Assembly: GCA_041690135.1 (NCBI GenBank)
Contig: JAWLHY010000013.1
Span: forward strand, 180,921 to 244,920
Origin: Armatimonadota bacterium
GTDB lineage: Bacteria > Armatimonadota > SYMT01
Direction: 5' to 3'
DNA: 64,000 nucleotides
This document shows, piece by piece, positions 53,540-62,959 of this stretch. A program made the translations under genes and the position numbers. Position 1 is the first letter of the stretch. Each line of letters opens with the position of its first letter. The notes below the pieces were generated by a model. The model did not search any database. It worked only from the letters and a program-made list of their open reading frames with translations, and was not told where the DNA came from.

Positions 53540-55297
53540 TTAGCCGATGAGACGAGCGCCGGTGGCCTCTACTTCGTTCTCGTCCACCAGGTCGTCCTGA
53601 TCGAGGATCTCGTAACGGTAGCCCTGTTCGGTGAGGAACAACTGGCGATGGACGCCGAAGTCCTGGTCCACGGTATCGCGCGTGACGATGCTGTAGAAGT
53701 GAGCCGGCACCTCCGGCCCCTTCGGACGGAGGATGCGTCCCAGGCGCTGCGCTTCCTCCTGCCGGCTTCCGAAGGTACCGGAGACCTGGATCGCCACGTT
53801 GGCGTCCGGCAGGTCGATGGCGAAGTTGGCGACCTTGCTGACCACCAGCACCTTGATCTCGCCGGTCTTAAAGGCGGCGTAGAGCTTTTCCCGCTCCCGG
53901 TTCGGCGTCTTACCGGTGATGATGGGTGCGTCGTACCTTTTTGAGATCTCCTCCAACTGCTCGAGGTACTGCCCGATGATGAGCACATTGTCCGCACGGT
54001 GGCGCTGTAGCAGTCGATCGATGGTGTAGTACTTCACCGCATTCGTGCTGGCGATGCGGTACTTCTCCCGGCGCTCGGAGACGGCGTAGTCCATCCGCTT
54101 TTCCGGGTCCATCGGCACGCGGATTTCGGTGCACATCGCCTCGGCGATCCACCCTTGCTTCTCCAATACGCGCCACGGAACGTCGTATTTCTTGGGCCCG
54201 ATGAGGGAGAAGACGTCGTCCTCACGGCCGTCTTCCCGTACGAGCGTGGCGGTGAGACCCAGACGGCGCCGGGCCTGGATTTCCGCCGTCATCCGGAACA
54301 CGGGCGCGGGCAGCAGGTGGACTTCGTCGTAGATGATCAGGCCCCAGTTCTGGGCATTGAACAGCTCCAGATGGGGGAAGTTCTTGAGATCTTCTTCGTC
54401 CGCAGCCTTCTTGTCTTTCTTGCCGCCCTTTCGGTACGTCAGCACCTGGTAGGTGGCGATCGTCACCGGCGCCATGCTCTTGTCCTCGCCGGAGTACTCG
54501 GCGATCGCTTCGGGTGGGAGATCGGTCTTGTCCAGGATCTCGTCGCGCCACTGGCGCGCCGCGGTGATGCCGGTTACCAGGATCAGGGTCTGCGTCTGCG
54601 CCCGTGCCATGGCCGCAATGCCGATCACGGTCTTGCCGGCGCCGCAGGGCAGCACCAGCACGCCCGAGCCGCCCCGTTCCGTGCCCCCGACCCAGAAGTT
54701 ATCGACCGCCTCCACCTGGTAGTGACGCAGTCCAAAGGCACGGCCCCGCAGCGATTCCTCTCGCAGTTGGACAGGCATCGCGTCCCCCTGGGTGTAGCCT
54801 GCCAGGTCCTCGACCGGCCACCCCAGCTTGAGGAGGGCCTGCTTCACCCGGCCGCGGTTCAGCAGGGGCACTTCCAGGGCATGGGAACCCACCTGCTCGC
54901 GGAAGAGGATGCGTGCTTTGCGCTGGGCCATCACCTCCGCGAGAAGAGCCGGGTCCTCGCTTTGCAAGAGCAGCCGGTCGCCCTCGCGCACCAGCTTCAG
55001 CCGGCCGTAGCGGGCTACCAGGTCGCGGATATCGGCCAGCAGGCTCTGCGGCACTTCGAACTTGGAGAACCGCCGGAGACCCTCTTCCATTTCCGGAAAG
55101 TCCATTCCGGCGGCCCGGGCGTTCCACAGCGAAAGCGGCGTTACCCGGTAGGTATGGATGTGTTCCGGACTCTTCTCCAATTCCGCGAAGCCCGCGATTG
55201 CTTCCCGGCACTCCTCGTAAAAGGGGTTTTCCACCTCGAGCAGGAGCGTCCGGTCGGATTGCACGATCAGGGGGTTCTGCGGGTTATAGCTGCTCAT
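53540..55297 (-). CDS. Bacterial XPB/Rad25 DNA repair helicase
   Basis: PLIVQSDRTLLLE, LPCGAGKT, DEVHLLPA, GLTATLVREDG, GSRQEEAQRLGRILR. Confidence 0.95.
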   Translation of the reverse strand: MSSYNPQNPLIVQSDRTLLLEVENPFYEECREAIAGFAELEKSPEHIHTYRVTPLSLWNARAAGMDFPEMEEGLRRFSKFEVPQSLLADIRDLVARYGRLKLVREGDRLLLQSEDPALLAEVMAQRKARILFREQVGSHALEVPLLNRGRVKQALLKLGWPVEDLAGYTQGDAMPVQLREESLRGRAFGLRHYQVEAVDNFWVGGTERGGSGVLVLPCGAGKTVIGIAAMARAQTQTLILVTGITAARQWRDEILDKTDLPPEAIAEYSGEDKSMAPVTIATYQVLTYRKGGKKDKKAADEEDLKNFPHLELFNAQNWGLIIYDEVHLLPAPVFRMTAEIQARRRLGLTATLVREDGREDDVFSLIGPKKYDVPWRVLEKQGWIAEAMCTEIRVPMDPEKRMDYAVSERREKYRIASTNAVKYYTIDRLLQRHRADNVLIIGQYLEQLEEISKRYDAPIITGKTPNREREKLYAAFKTGEIKVLVVSKVANFAIDLPDANVAIQVSGTFGSRQEEAQRLGRILRPKGPEVPAHFYSIVTRDTVDQDFGVHRQLFLTEQGYRYEILDQDDLVDENEVEATGARLIG

Positions 55298-57309
55298 TCT
55301 ACTTCCTTAACAGATTCCGGATCAGATTCCGGATCAGATTCCGGCTCAGACTCCGCGACCGGCTCGCTGTCCTGAACCAGGCGCGCCCAGAGGATGGCGG
55401 CCAGGCGGTAAGTCCGCTCCTCGCCGTCTTCCGTCTCCGCAATCACTTCTTGTGGCCCCACGTACACGGGATACACGACCTCCGTGGCCCGTTTGCGCTG
55501 GGCATCTCCGAGGTAATCGATTTCGATAGATAGGCCGACTTCCAATGCCAGTTCCAGGAGTTCGCGGATCTGGCGCCGGCCGGTGACCTTCACGTTTTCC
55601 GGAACCACTCCGTCCTCGGCACCTTCCGGTCCGGCCGTGAGAGTACTGTTCCGGCTTCCCACCAACTCCGCCGGGGGCGGGGGCGCCTTTTCCGGGTCCG
55701 CCGGCAAAGGCAACGTGTCTCCCACCTCCGCCTGGTTGATGGGCGCATACCCGCGGGTTCGGAGCTGGCGCATCAGCGGCGTGATGGCCGCGTCGGCTAC
55801 GAGGGCTGTCCGCTCCGTTAGCGGTTCGCCCATCTGCGCGACGATCGTCTTCAGATTTCGCAGTTCGTCCATCAACTCGGGCTGGTCCGTCACCAGGACC
55901 CACTCCGTGGGCACCAGACGGATCCGACCGTGCTGGCGCCCCGCGGTCTCCACCATGGCCTTGACGTTGGCCGGCAACCCCGTCCGGGAGAACCGCTCCA
56001 GAAAGGTGGCGACTTGCGTCACCGTGAGGCCGGAGTCTAGGGCTCGGCGGACCGACTCCGCATTCAACGGATACATGCCCGCCGGACCACCCTTCTTTTC
56101 CCCCGTAAGGCGCCGCAGGTGGAACAGTACCCAGGGCGACAGGTTGGGCGGCGCGAAAACTTCTGCGTTCGGCTGAAGGAAGAAGCAGTGCTCTTCCGGA
56201 ACCAGTCCCTCGCCGGCGGTATCCGGGATCAAGACCGCCCTACCCAGGGGCGTGAGCCGGAAATGCCTGGGGGCGTCCGGGTCATCCACCGCCACCAGGC
56301 CAAGCCAGTAGAGGCTACGGGCCAGGCGCGCGGCCACAAAGGACGGGTCGCGGTTGCCGTTCCACTGCTGGAACGCCATCGGGACCATCCATGCTAACCG
56401 CGCGGCGACGGACCCGACAACGACGGGTGTTTCGAGATCCAGCTCCGCCGCGATCTCCAGCATCCGCGCGCGCTGATCGCCGAGTTGGGGCGGTAGATAG
56501 GAGGCCTCAGCCGGGTCGCCGCTCGCGCTCTCCGGATAGCCATGGCCCTGCTTCCAGCCCTCGGTGTAGGTGAGGGCGCGTGTCCGCTCGGGAGCCGCCA
56601 GCCAGGGTTCCGCCGTCTCCGCGACGGTCAGGATATTCTCACCGGAGGCCAGCAGGAAGCCTGCTTCGACGAGGAGGCTGTAGACGAAGTCTCCGTATCC
56701 TTCCAGGGGGATGGCGAGCGCCGCTTCGATGTTCCGCAGGTCGCGTCGGTTGATGCGCCGTGCCTGGGTGAGCTTCATTCGCGTCCGCGCGATCCGGGAC
56801 AGGGCCTCCGCGAAATCGCCGGAAAGAGTACCCGGTCGCGGGTCGCAGCGCACGCCCGGCGCGGTTTGGAGTTCCGGCGGCACAACAAACCCCGCCAACG
56901 GGGTGTCGGGCTCACTGCCCTTCGGCGCCGCCACGTAACCGGTGGCGGCCTGCGTGCCTGGTGGGATGTGGATGTGCTCCCAGTCCCCTTCGGGGAAAAC
57001 GAGGCCCCACAGCCGCAAGCTTTCGAGTACCCCGCGGACCACCGCGGCCTCGGCGGTGGCCGCTTGCGCAATCGCCGACTGTCCGGCCCGCTTATGATGC
57101 AGCAGGTACCAGAGGACCGCCGCTTCCGCCTGGTTGAGGCGGATGACCGAGCTGTAGACGCTTCCGTACTGCTCCAGGGCTCCCGCCAGCGTTCTCAAAA
57201 GCGTCTGCCGCCCTACCCGGGCGTCCTGCGAAACACGTACCCCCCGGCGTCGCGCCATCTCTCGCAGGTCTTCAATCGAAAAATCGCCCAGGTAGTCGAT
57301 CAACTTCAT
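55294..57309 (-). CDS. XPB-associated helicase-associated domain protein with WYL-like C-terminus
   Basis: LQPNAEVFAP...SVRRALDSGL...LPANV (Helicase_C_3-like); IEIDY...ERTYRLAAI; ATGA-type coupling to the XPB gene. Confidence 0.8.
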   Translation of the reverse strand: MKLIDYLGDFSIEDLREMARRRGVRVSQDARVGRQTLLRTLAGALEQYGSVYSSVIRLNQAEAAVLWYLLHHKRAGQSAIAQAATAEAAVVRGVLESLRLWGLVFPEGDWEHIHIPPGTQAATGYVAAPKGSEPDTPLAGFVVPPELQTAPGVRCDPRPGTLSGDFAEALSRIARTRMKLTQARRINRRDLRNIEAALAIPLEGYGDFVYSLLVEAGFLLASGENILTVAETAEPWLAAPERTRALTYTEGWKQGHGYPESASGDPAEASYLPPQLGDQRARMLEIAAELDLETPVVVGSVAARLAWMVPMAFQQWNGNRDPSFVAARLARSLYWLGLVAVDDPDAPRHFRLTPLGRAVLIPDTAGEGLVPEEHCFFLQPNAEVFAPPNLSPWVLFHLRRLTGEKKGGPAGMYPLNAESVRRALDSGLTVTQVATFLERFSRTGLPANVKAMVETAGRQHGRIRLVPTEWVLVTDQPELMDELRNLKTIVAQMGEPLTERTALVADAAITPLMRQLRTRGYAPINQAEVGDTLPLPADPEKAPPPPAELVGSRNSTLTAGPEGAEDGVVPENVKVTGRRQIRELLELALEVGLSIEIDYLGDAQRKRATEVVYPVYVGPQEVIAETEDGEERTYRLAAILWARLVQDSEPVAESEPESDPESDPESVKEVE

Positions 57310-57462
57310 GCAGCCGCCGGTCCTCCCATCCCCACCGTGTTCCAACCCCTAAAGCCATCCGTCATGGTATCACGACGAGCGGAAAACGATTAAGAGATTC
57401 GGAGAACGATAAGGGAGTGCCGGGAATTGACGGCGCTGATGCGTGAGTGCACTCAGGGTTTC

Positions 57463-57996
57463 TCAAAGCCCCTGGATGGTGGGGTCGGACGGGAACACCT
57501 CCTTCATCAGGGCCGCGAGCTGGGCGTGCACCGGGTCGAAGTCTTCCCAGCGCAGTGAGCCGGGGGGCGCGATCGAGAGCATCTGGCACTCGAAGCAGAA
57601 ATGGAGGTCCACAACCTCCCCATCCTTCTTGAACCGCACCACAACTCCGGGGATCGGCACGCACCCCTTGGCCGCATCCCAGAGATAGCTGCTGGGGCGG
57701 CGCAGGATGGAGCGCAGACGTTCGGTCCACTCGCGTGAAGGAGTGACAGGAGGCCCCTTTCGCAGTTCTTCCGCCGGCCACTGCCGCCCCGCCCACTTCC
57801 CGATCTCTTCCTGCTGTGGCTTTCGGAGACGGTACACTTCCACCTGGTCCGCCTCTTGCAGGATTCGCCACACTTCCGGCCCGAAGTATCGGCGGACGCG
57901 CATGCTCTCTTCCGCCCACAGGAACCCGGCCACGCTGGCGGTCACGGTGCCCAGCAGCGCAATTCCGGAAGTGAGGACCAGGCGGCGAGGATTCAC
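57463..57996 (-). CDS. Hypothetical exported protein
   Basis: N-terminal hydrophobic segment; KGCVPIPGV and CFEC motifs; start abuts the mlrC-like stop. Confidence 0.65.
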   Translation of the reverse strand: MNPRRLVLTSGIALLGTVTASVAGFLWAEESMRVRRYFGPEVWRILQEADQVEVYRLRKPQQEEIGKWAGRQWPAEELRKGPPVTPSREWTERLRSILRRPSSYLWDAAKGCVPIPGVVVRFKKDGEVVDLHFCFECQMLSIAPPGSLRWEDFDPVHAQLAALMKEVFPSDPTIQGL

Positions 57997-58001
57997 CCGA
58001 A

Positions 58002-59462
58002 TTACTCCAGGGGCCAGAGTGGGCGGCGGACGTGCTGGTACTCGAACCGGAGCGGGTTGACCGCCGTGACGCCGGGAGTGTCGGCCTCGATGATCTCCCC
58101 GGCAATCGGCTCGTAGGCGGCCCGGTAGGCGATGGCGGCCTTCACCACCAGAAGCTTCATCCGTTCTGGTAGGATCCCCAGGCTCGTCAACTGGTGCAGG
58201 CTCATCGGCGCCGTGCGGCGGCTGTTCAGCACGACAAGAGTACCGGTCGGCAATTCCACAACGGCCGTGAGACCCTGATTCCAGCGGGTCTGTCCCCCGT
58301 GTCGCGGCTCGGGCTCGAAGAAACGGCCGTCGTGCAGGCTGCGGACCCTGCCCCGGATCACGACCGGGTCGCCGTGCATGCGGTCCGTCTTCCCGCCTAC
58401 CCGCAAGTCGACTTCCGCATCGATGCCGGCGGAAGCGCAGGCGCGGGCCGCTTCCGGATCGTAGATCACGCTGACGGCGCCCGGCGCGCCCTGCCGGACC
58501 AGTTCGGCCAGGATGGCGGTGCTGTCACCGGGAGAACCCCCGCCGATGTTGTCCCCCATCTCCACGATCACGACCGGCGGGTGAGCCGAGCGGATGGCGC
58601 GTGCCACAGCCTCCGCGGGATTGGGAAGGTCAATGCGGATCCGGTCCCGGACCTTCCACATCCGCAGCGCGAGCCGGCCTGCTTCGGATTGTGCGAGTTC
58701 CGGGTCCCCGTCGGTTACTACGATCACCGAGGGCCCCATTTCGTGCACGTCGGCGTAGGGATAGCCGGCAGCCACACTGGCGGCCAGGATGCCGTTCTGT
58801 CCCTCCAGCGAGGCCGCGTCTTCCATGATGGAGCGCAGCGGCTCGGCGCGAGTGTACTGGTGGAGAATGTTCCAGACCATCGGCGGCTTGGCCATCCGCT
58901 GAACCGGCCGGATCTCCCCGCGCGCGGTGCGCGCGATGATCTCCGCTGCCTGCAGTCCGCGCGCTTTCTGATCCACATGCGGGTTGGTCTTGTACACGAC
59001 CGTGGCCGTCGCGTGCTCCACCATCTGCGGCGAGGCATTTACGTGGAAGTCGTGCGTCACGACCAGGGGCAGGTCCGGCCCCAGCACTTCCCGCACACGA
59101 CGGATGATCTCCCCGTCGCCGTCCGGAAACTGCTCCGAGACCATGGCGCCGTGGACCGCCAGCAGCATCCCGTCCAACTTCGGCGCCGCGCGCAGGGCCT
59201 CCAGGAGTTGACCGGTGAGCGTCTCGAACGCCTCGGCGGTGACCGTCCCGCCCGGCGTGGCCCCGGTCATCAGCGTGGGGTAGAGCTCATAGCCGAAGCG
59301 CTCCGCCCCCTCAATGAACCCCGCCATCTCGTGGTGCGTGTCCCGCCACCACTTCACCAGGTCCTCGCCCCGGTGATGCCGCACCATGAACTCATCCAGC
59401 CCCGTCGGCTTCGCCGCGAAGGTGTTCGACTCGTGGTGTATCCCGCCAATCGCTATCCGCAT
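58002..59462 (-). CDS. MlrC-like M81 family metallopeptidase
   Basis: MRIAIGGIHHESNTF, LAVHGAMV, DFHVN, YKTNPHVD, GDNIGGGSPGD. Confidence 0.9.
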   Translation of the reverse strand: MRIAIGGIHHESNTFAAKPTGLDEFMVRHHRGEDLVKWWRDTHHEMAGFIEGAERFGYELYPTLMTGATPGGTVTAEAFETLTGQLLEALRAAPKLDGMLLAVHGAMVSEQFPDGDGEIIRRVREVLGPDLPLVVTHDFHVNASPQMVEHATATVVYKTNPHVDQKARGLQAAEIIARTARGEIRPVQRMAKPPMVWNILHQYTRAEPLRSIMEDAASLEGQNGILAASVAAGYPYADVHEMGPSVIVVTDGDPELAQSEAGRLALRMWKVRDRIRIDLPNPAEAVARAIRSAHPPVVIVEMGDNIGGGSPGDSTAILAELVRQGAPGAVSVIYDPEAARACASAGIDAEVDLRVGGKTDRMHGDPVVIRGRVRSLHDGRFFEPEPRHGGQTRWNQGLTAVVELPTGTLVVLNSRRTAPMSLHQLTSLGILPERMKLLVVKAAIAYRAAYEPIAGEIIEADTPGVTAVNPLRFEYQHVRRPLWPLE

Positions 59463-59550
59463 TTTTAGAATCTCGCGCCAAGACGCCAAGCCGCAAAGAA
59501 GGGGAAGAAGGGAAGAAAGAAGCAAAGGGACCCGAAGTAGGTCGCTATCT

Positions 59551-59943
59551 CTAAGGACGCTGCTCTTCCAGGCCGTTAACGAGGCGAGTGACACCCTCCT
59601 TGATGAGCGGGGCGCCGAAGTTGATGAGTAGGCCCAGCTTGAGGCCCGTGATCCGCAGGTAGGTCAGCAATTGCTTCTTATGCACTCGCTCGATCGATTC
59701 TACGGATTTGATCTCGAGAATGACACGGCCTTCGACAATGAGATCGGCGCGGAAGCATTCGTCGAACTCGATCCCCTCGTAGACGATCGGAACCTTCACC
59801 TGTCGGTCGACCTTGAGACCGCGTTGCTGTAGCTCAAACCGCAGCACCGTTTCATAGACCGACTCCAGCAGTCCTGGCCCCATGCGAGTGTGGACCTTGT
59901 AGGCCGCATCCACTACGATCCGAGCGATCTCATTTTCACTCAC
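59551..59943 (-). CDS. GxxExxY protein (PD-(D/E)XK-like)
   Basis: GPGLLESVY, RADLIVE, LEIKS, QLLTYL, GLLINF; flanked by inverted repeats. Confidence 0.93.
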   Translation of the reverse strand: MSENEIARIVVDAAYKVHTRMGPGLLESVYETVLRFELQQRGLKVDRQVKVPIVYEGIEFDECFRADLIVEGRVILEIKSVESIERVHKKQLLTYLRITGLKLGLLINFGAPLIKEGVTRLVNGLEEQRP

Positions 59944-60082
59944 GCCACCGCCCCCTTTGCACCATCTTCTTCTTCAACTTCGCCCCCCTCCCTCTCATTT
60001 ACTTCCTCGCCTTACTTTCTCTCTTTCTTGGCGGCTTTGCGGCTTCGCGCGAGATACTTCTCCTTGAGATGGAGGCAATGGC

Positions 60083-60850
60083 ATGAACCGGTTGACGGGT
60101 GAGCAGGTGGAGCGGTACCACGCGCATGGGTACCTCAAGGGGTTCCGCGTCTTCGGCGATGCGGAGGTCCGGGCGATGCAACAGGAGTTCGACCGGGTGC
60201 TGGGACTGCTGCCGCCGGAAACGAACGTGAACTTCGTGAACTGGTGGCACAAGAAGAACCGGTTCTTCTACGACGTGTGCACCACCCCCGCCCTGCTGGA
60301 TTACGTGGAAGACCTGCTCGGCCCCAACTTCTACCTCTGGGGATCGCAGTTCTTCGTGAAGGATCCCGGCGACGGCCGCGTGGTGCCCTGGCACCAGGAC
60401 GCCCAGTACTGGCCGCTGGAACCGCAGAACTCTTGCACCGTGTTCATCGCCCTGTGGGACTGCGACCGCGAGAACGCCTGCATGCGGGTGGTGCCCGGCA
60501 CCCACCGGGTAGGCCTGCTCCGCCACCACACCACCGAGGACGGCCGCCACGTGCTGAAGCAGGAGATCGACGAAGGCGAGTTCGATCCGGCCGAGGCGGT
60601 GGACCTGGAGCTTAAGGCTGGCGAAATCTCCCTGCACGACGACGCCATCGTCCACGGCTCCGGGGCGAACCACTCCAACCGGCGGCGCGTGGGCTTCACC
60701 ATGCGCTTCTCCTCCACGGACGTGAAGTGCGACCTGAACGTATGGCCCACCTTCCAGGCCTTCCTCGTCCGCGGCGTCGATGAATATCGCCATAACCCGC
60801 CCGGCATCCTCCCCACCGAGAACGGCATCACCACCACCGCCCGCCCCTGA
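60083..60850 (+). CDS. Phytanoyl-CoA dioxygenase (PhyH) family protein
   Basis: GGAGG SD; PWHQD, HGSGANHSNRRR. Confidence 0.9.
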   Translation: MNRLTGEQVERYHAHGYLKGFRVFGDAEVRAMQQEFDRVLGLLPPETNVNFVNWWHKKNRFFYDVCTTPALLDYVEDLLGPNFYLWGSQFFVKDPGDGRVVPWHQDAQYWPLEPQNSCTVFIALWDCDRENACMRVVPGTHRVGLLRHHTTEDGRHVLKQEIDEGEFDPAEAVDLELKAGEISLHDDAIVHGSGANHSNRRRVGFTMRFSSTDVKCDLNVWPTFQAFLVRGVDEYRHNPPGILPTENGITTTARP

Positions 60851-60999
60851 GGGGCTGGGAGAGAATCTCAACAGCGTTTGAACCCTCGGCACGGACCTGT
60901 TTCTCCACACAGATTAACGAGGCTTGCCGGAGTGACGGCGCTTGCGCGGCCTCCCTTTGGAAAACCGTATCTGCTGAGTAGCTTGCCCCCACCCCTTAG

Positions 61000-61333
61000 T
61001 GGTGCATCCGGTAAGTCTGGCATAGTTTTCTGTCCACCTCTGGTGAAGGGGTTTGGGCTTGCGCAGCGTCACGTGTATCCTGGATAGTAGGGAATGTGAC
61101 GCTCCTCCGTTCCGGAGGCACTGTGGTTGATCCCGTTGGGCCAAACCGGACCCTTCCTGACACGGGACGGCTACGAGTGGGCAGGACGGGATCAGCTCCA
61201 AGGCGGCGGAACGCTGCGGCGAGACGTTCCCTACCGGTGCCGCTGTTAATGGCTTGGCGGACGGAACCCGGCCCACTCCGCCGGACGTGTTCCTACGCCA
61301 GGAAAATCTTACTGGCACTTACCGGATGCACCA
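61000..61333. mobile_element. 334-bp MITE with perfect 17-bp TIRs and CTTAG direct repeats
   Basis: CTTAG|TGGTGCATCCGGTAAGT ... ACTTACCGGATGCACCA|CTTAG. Confidence 0.8.
61087..61234. repeat. 148-bp GTAG-terminated REP/MITE-like element, copy 2 (nested in the MITE)
   Basis: Inverted near-identical copy of 13814-13961. Confidence 0.85.
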
Positions 61334-61359
61334 CTTAGCGCCCCGACTGAAGAATCAGG

Positions 61360-61446
61360 AAGGCACGAAGGACACGAAGGACACGAAGGCACGAAGGACA
61401 CGAAGAAGAGGTTAGATTTCCTTCGTGTCCTTTGTACCTTCGTGGT
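61360..61446. repeat. Inverted tandem 8-9-mer repeats (GACACGAAG)n ... (CTTCGTGTC)n
   Basis: About five copies followed by three degenerate reverse-complement copies. Confidence 0.75.
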
Positions 61447-61551
61447 TTGACCCCAACCGATGCCGGGTATCGCCTTCACACGGACCGGCCTTCCGCACCG
61501 CGGGATTGGAGATGGGCGGACGGTGCGCAGTCCGGGAGAAGGGCAACGAAC

Positions 61552-62007
61552 ATGCCGACCCACCGCGTATCCGACTTGATGACTCGCAACCCGATGTGTT
61601 GCACCCCGCAGGACCCGGTTACGGAGGCCGCTCGTCTGATGGGTGAATGTGACTGTGGGGCGATTCCAGTGGTAGAAAACCTGCAGGACTACCACCTCAT
61701 CGGGATGATCACCGATCGCGATATCGCCATCCGCATCGTCGCGGCAGGCCTGGACCCCTCCACGGCGCTCGTGCAGCAGGGTATGACCGGTGAGGTTATT
61801 ACCGTTCAGGCGGACGACTCGCTGGACAAGTGCGTGCGGCTGATGTGCGAGAACCAGATCCGCCGGATCCCGGTGGTAGGCGAGGACGGCGAAATCATCG
61901 GCATCGTCGCCCAGGCCGACCTGGCGCGCGCCAGCACCGACGAGCCCGAGCTGGAAGAGGAGCTCGCGGACATGGTCGAGGAAGTCTCCGCTCCCTCCGG
62001 CATCTAA
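61552..62007 (+). CDS. CBS domain pair protein
   Basis: VSDLMTRNP, CGAIPVV, GMITDRDI, QIRRIPVV, GIVAQADL. Confidence 0.92.
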   Translation: MPTHRVSDLMTRNPMCCTPQDPVTEAARLMGECDCGAIPVVENLQDYHLIGMITDRDIAIRIVAAGLDPSTALVQQGMTGEVITVQADDSLDKCVRLMCENQIRRIPVVGEDGEIIGIVAQADLARASTDEPELEEELADMVEEVSAPSGI

Positions 62008-62011
62008 TGGA

Positions 62012-62929
62012 TCACCGGAGGGATGGAATGCCCGTCATAAGGGTCCGCAATCGGTAGACGGATGAGGTCGCCGTAACATAAAGGGTTTGCCAATCCGCGT
62101 CGCCCCAGGCGCAGTTGGCCGTCCGCTCTGGGAATTTGAGGTGGGCCAGCACGGTCCCATCCGGCGCCACGACCCACAGGCCACCCGGGCCGGTGGTCCA
62201 CAGGTTGCCCTGCCGGTCCACCTTCATTCCATCCGGGCGCCCCGCGCCTTTCTCAGCCTCGAATTCCACGAAAACGTCGCCCCCGGTCAGCTTTCCATCC
62301 GGCAGGACTTCGAAGCGCCGGATGTGGTAGCGCGGGGTGTCCCCCACGTAGAGGTAGGTCTCATCCGGGCAGAACGCCATCCCGTTCGGGCGGTCGAAAT
62401 CCCGGGCCAGCAGGATCGGCTCGGCGTCGCCCGGCCGTAGCAGGTAGAGGCCGTTCAACGGCTGGTCCGCCTCCGCGATCTGACCGAACTCCGCCGACTG
62501 GATGCCGTAGGGCGGGTCGCTGAAGTAGAGATTGCCGCTCGAGTGGACCACCAGGTCGTTCGGGCTGTTGAGGCGGCCGCCGCGGTACCGCTCGGCCAGC
62601 ACCTCGATCGAACCGTCCTCGTTCGTGCGGCTGACCCGCCGGTTCAGGTGCTCGCACGCCAGCAGCCGCCCCTCGCGGTCCCAGGTGAGCCCGTTCGACT
62701 TTCCGCTTGGCTCCCGGAAAATCTCCGGGGTGCCTCCCTCCCGCCAGCGATAAATCCGGTTCGCCGGGATGTCACTGAAGTGGAGGGTATCGCTGCGTGG
62801 GTCCCACAGCGGTCCCTCCGTGAAGACGAACCCGGTAGCCACCTGTTCGAGGTGGGGGTCGTGCGGAAGCAGGTCCCAGATGGCGGGAGAGAGGGCGTCG
62901 ATTTCAAGCATAGGAGCATTATGGCTCAC
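62012..62929 (-). CDS. SMP-30/gluconolactonase/LRE family protein
   Basis: FTEGPLW, LNSPNDL, RPNGMAF, PDGMKVD, ANCAWG. Confidence 0.92.
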   Translation of the reverse strand: MSHNAPMLEIDALSPAIWDLLPHDPHLEQVATGFVFTEGPLWDPRSDTLHFSDIPANRIYRWREGGTPEIFREPSGKSNGLTWDREGRLLACEHLNRRVSRTNEDGSIEVLAERYRGGRLNSPNDLVVHSSGNLYFSDPPYGIQSAEFGQIAEADQPLNGLYLLRPGDAEPILLARDFDRPNGMAFCPDETYLYVGDTPRYHIRRFEVLPDGKLTGGDVFVEFEAEKGAGRPDGMKVDRQGNLWTTGPGGLWVVAPDGTVLAHLKFPERTANCAWGDADWQTLYVTATSSVYRLRTLMTGIPSLR

Positions 62930-62959
62930 TCGTGCCGGAAGCGGGGCGGCGATGTGTCC

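Noticed and set aside
53540-57309. XPB helicase plus partner as a novel or defence system
   Set aside because: This gene pair is an established arrangement (e.g. in actinobacteria); the ESDP 12-bp repeat at about 55311-55355 is a simple low-complexity tail.
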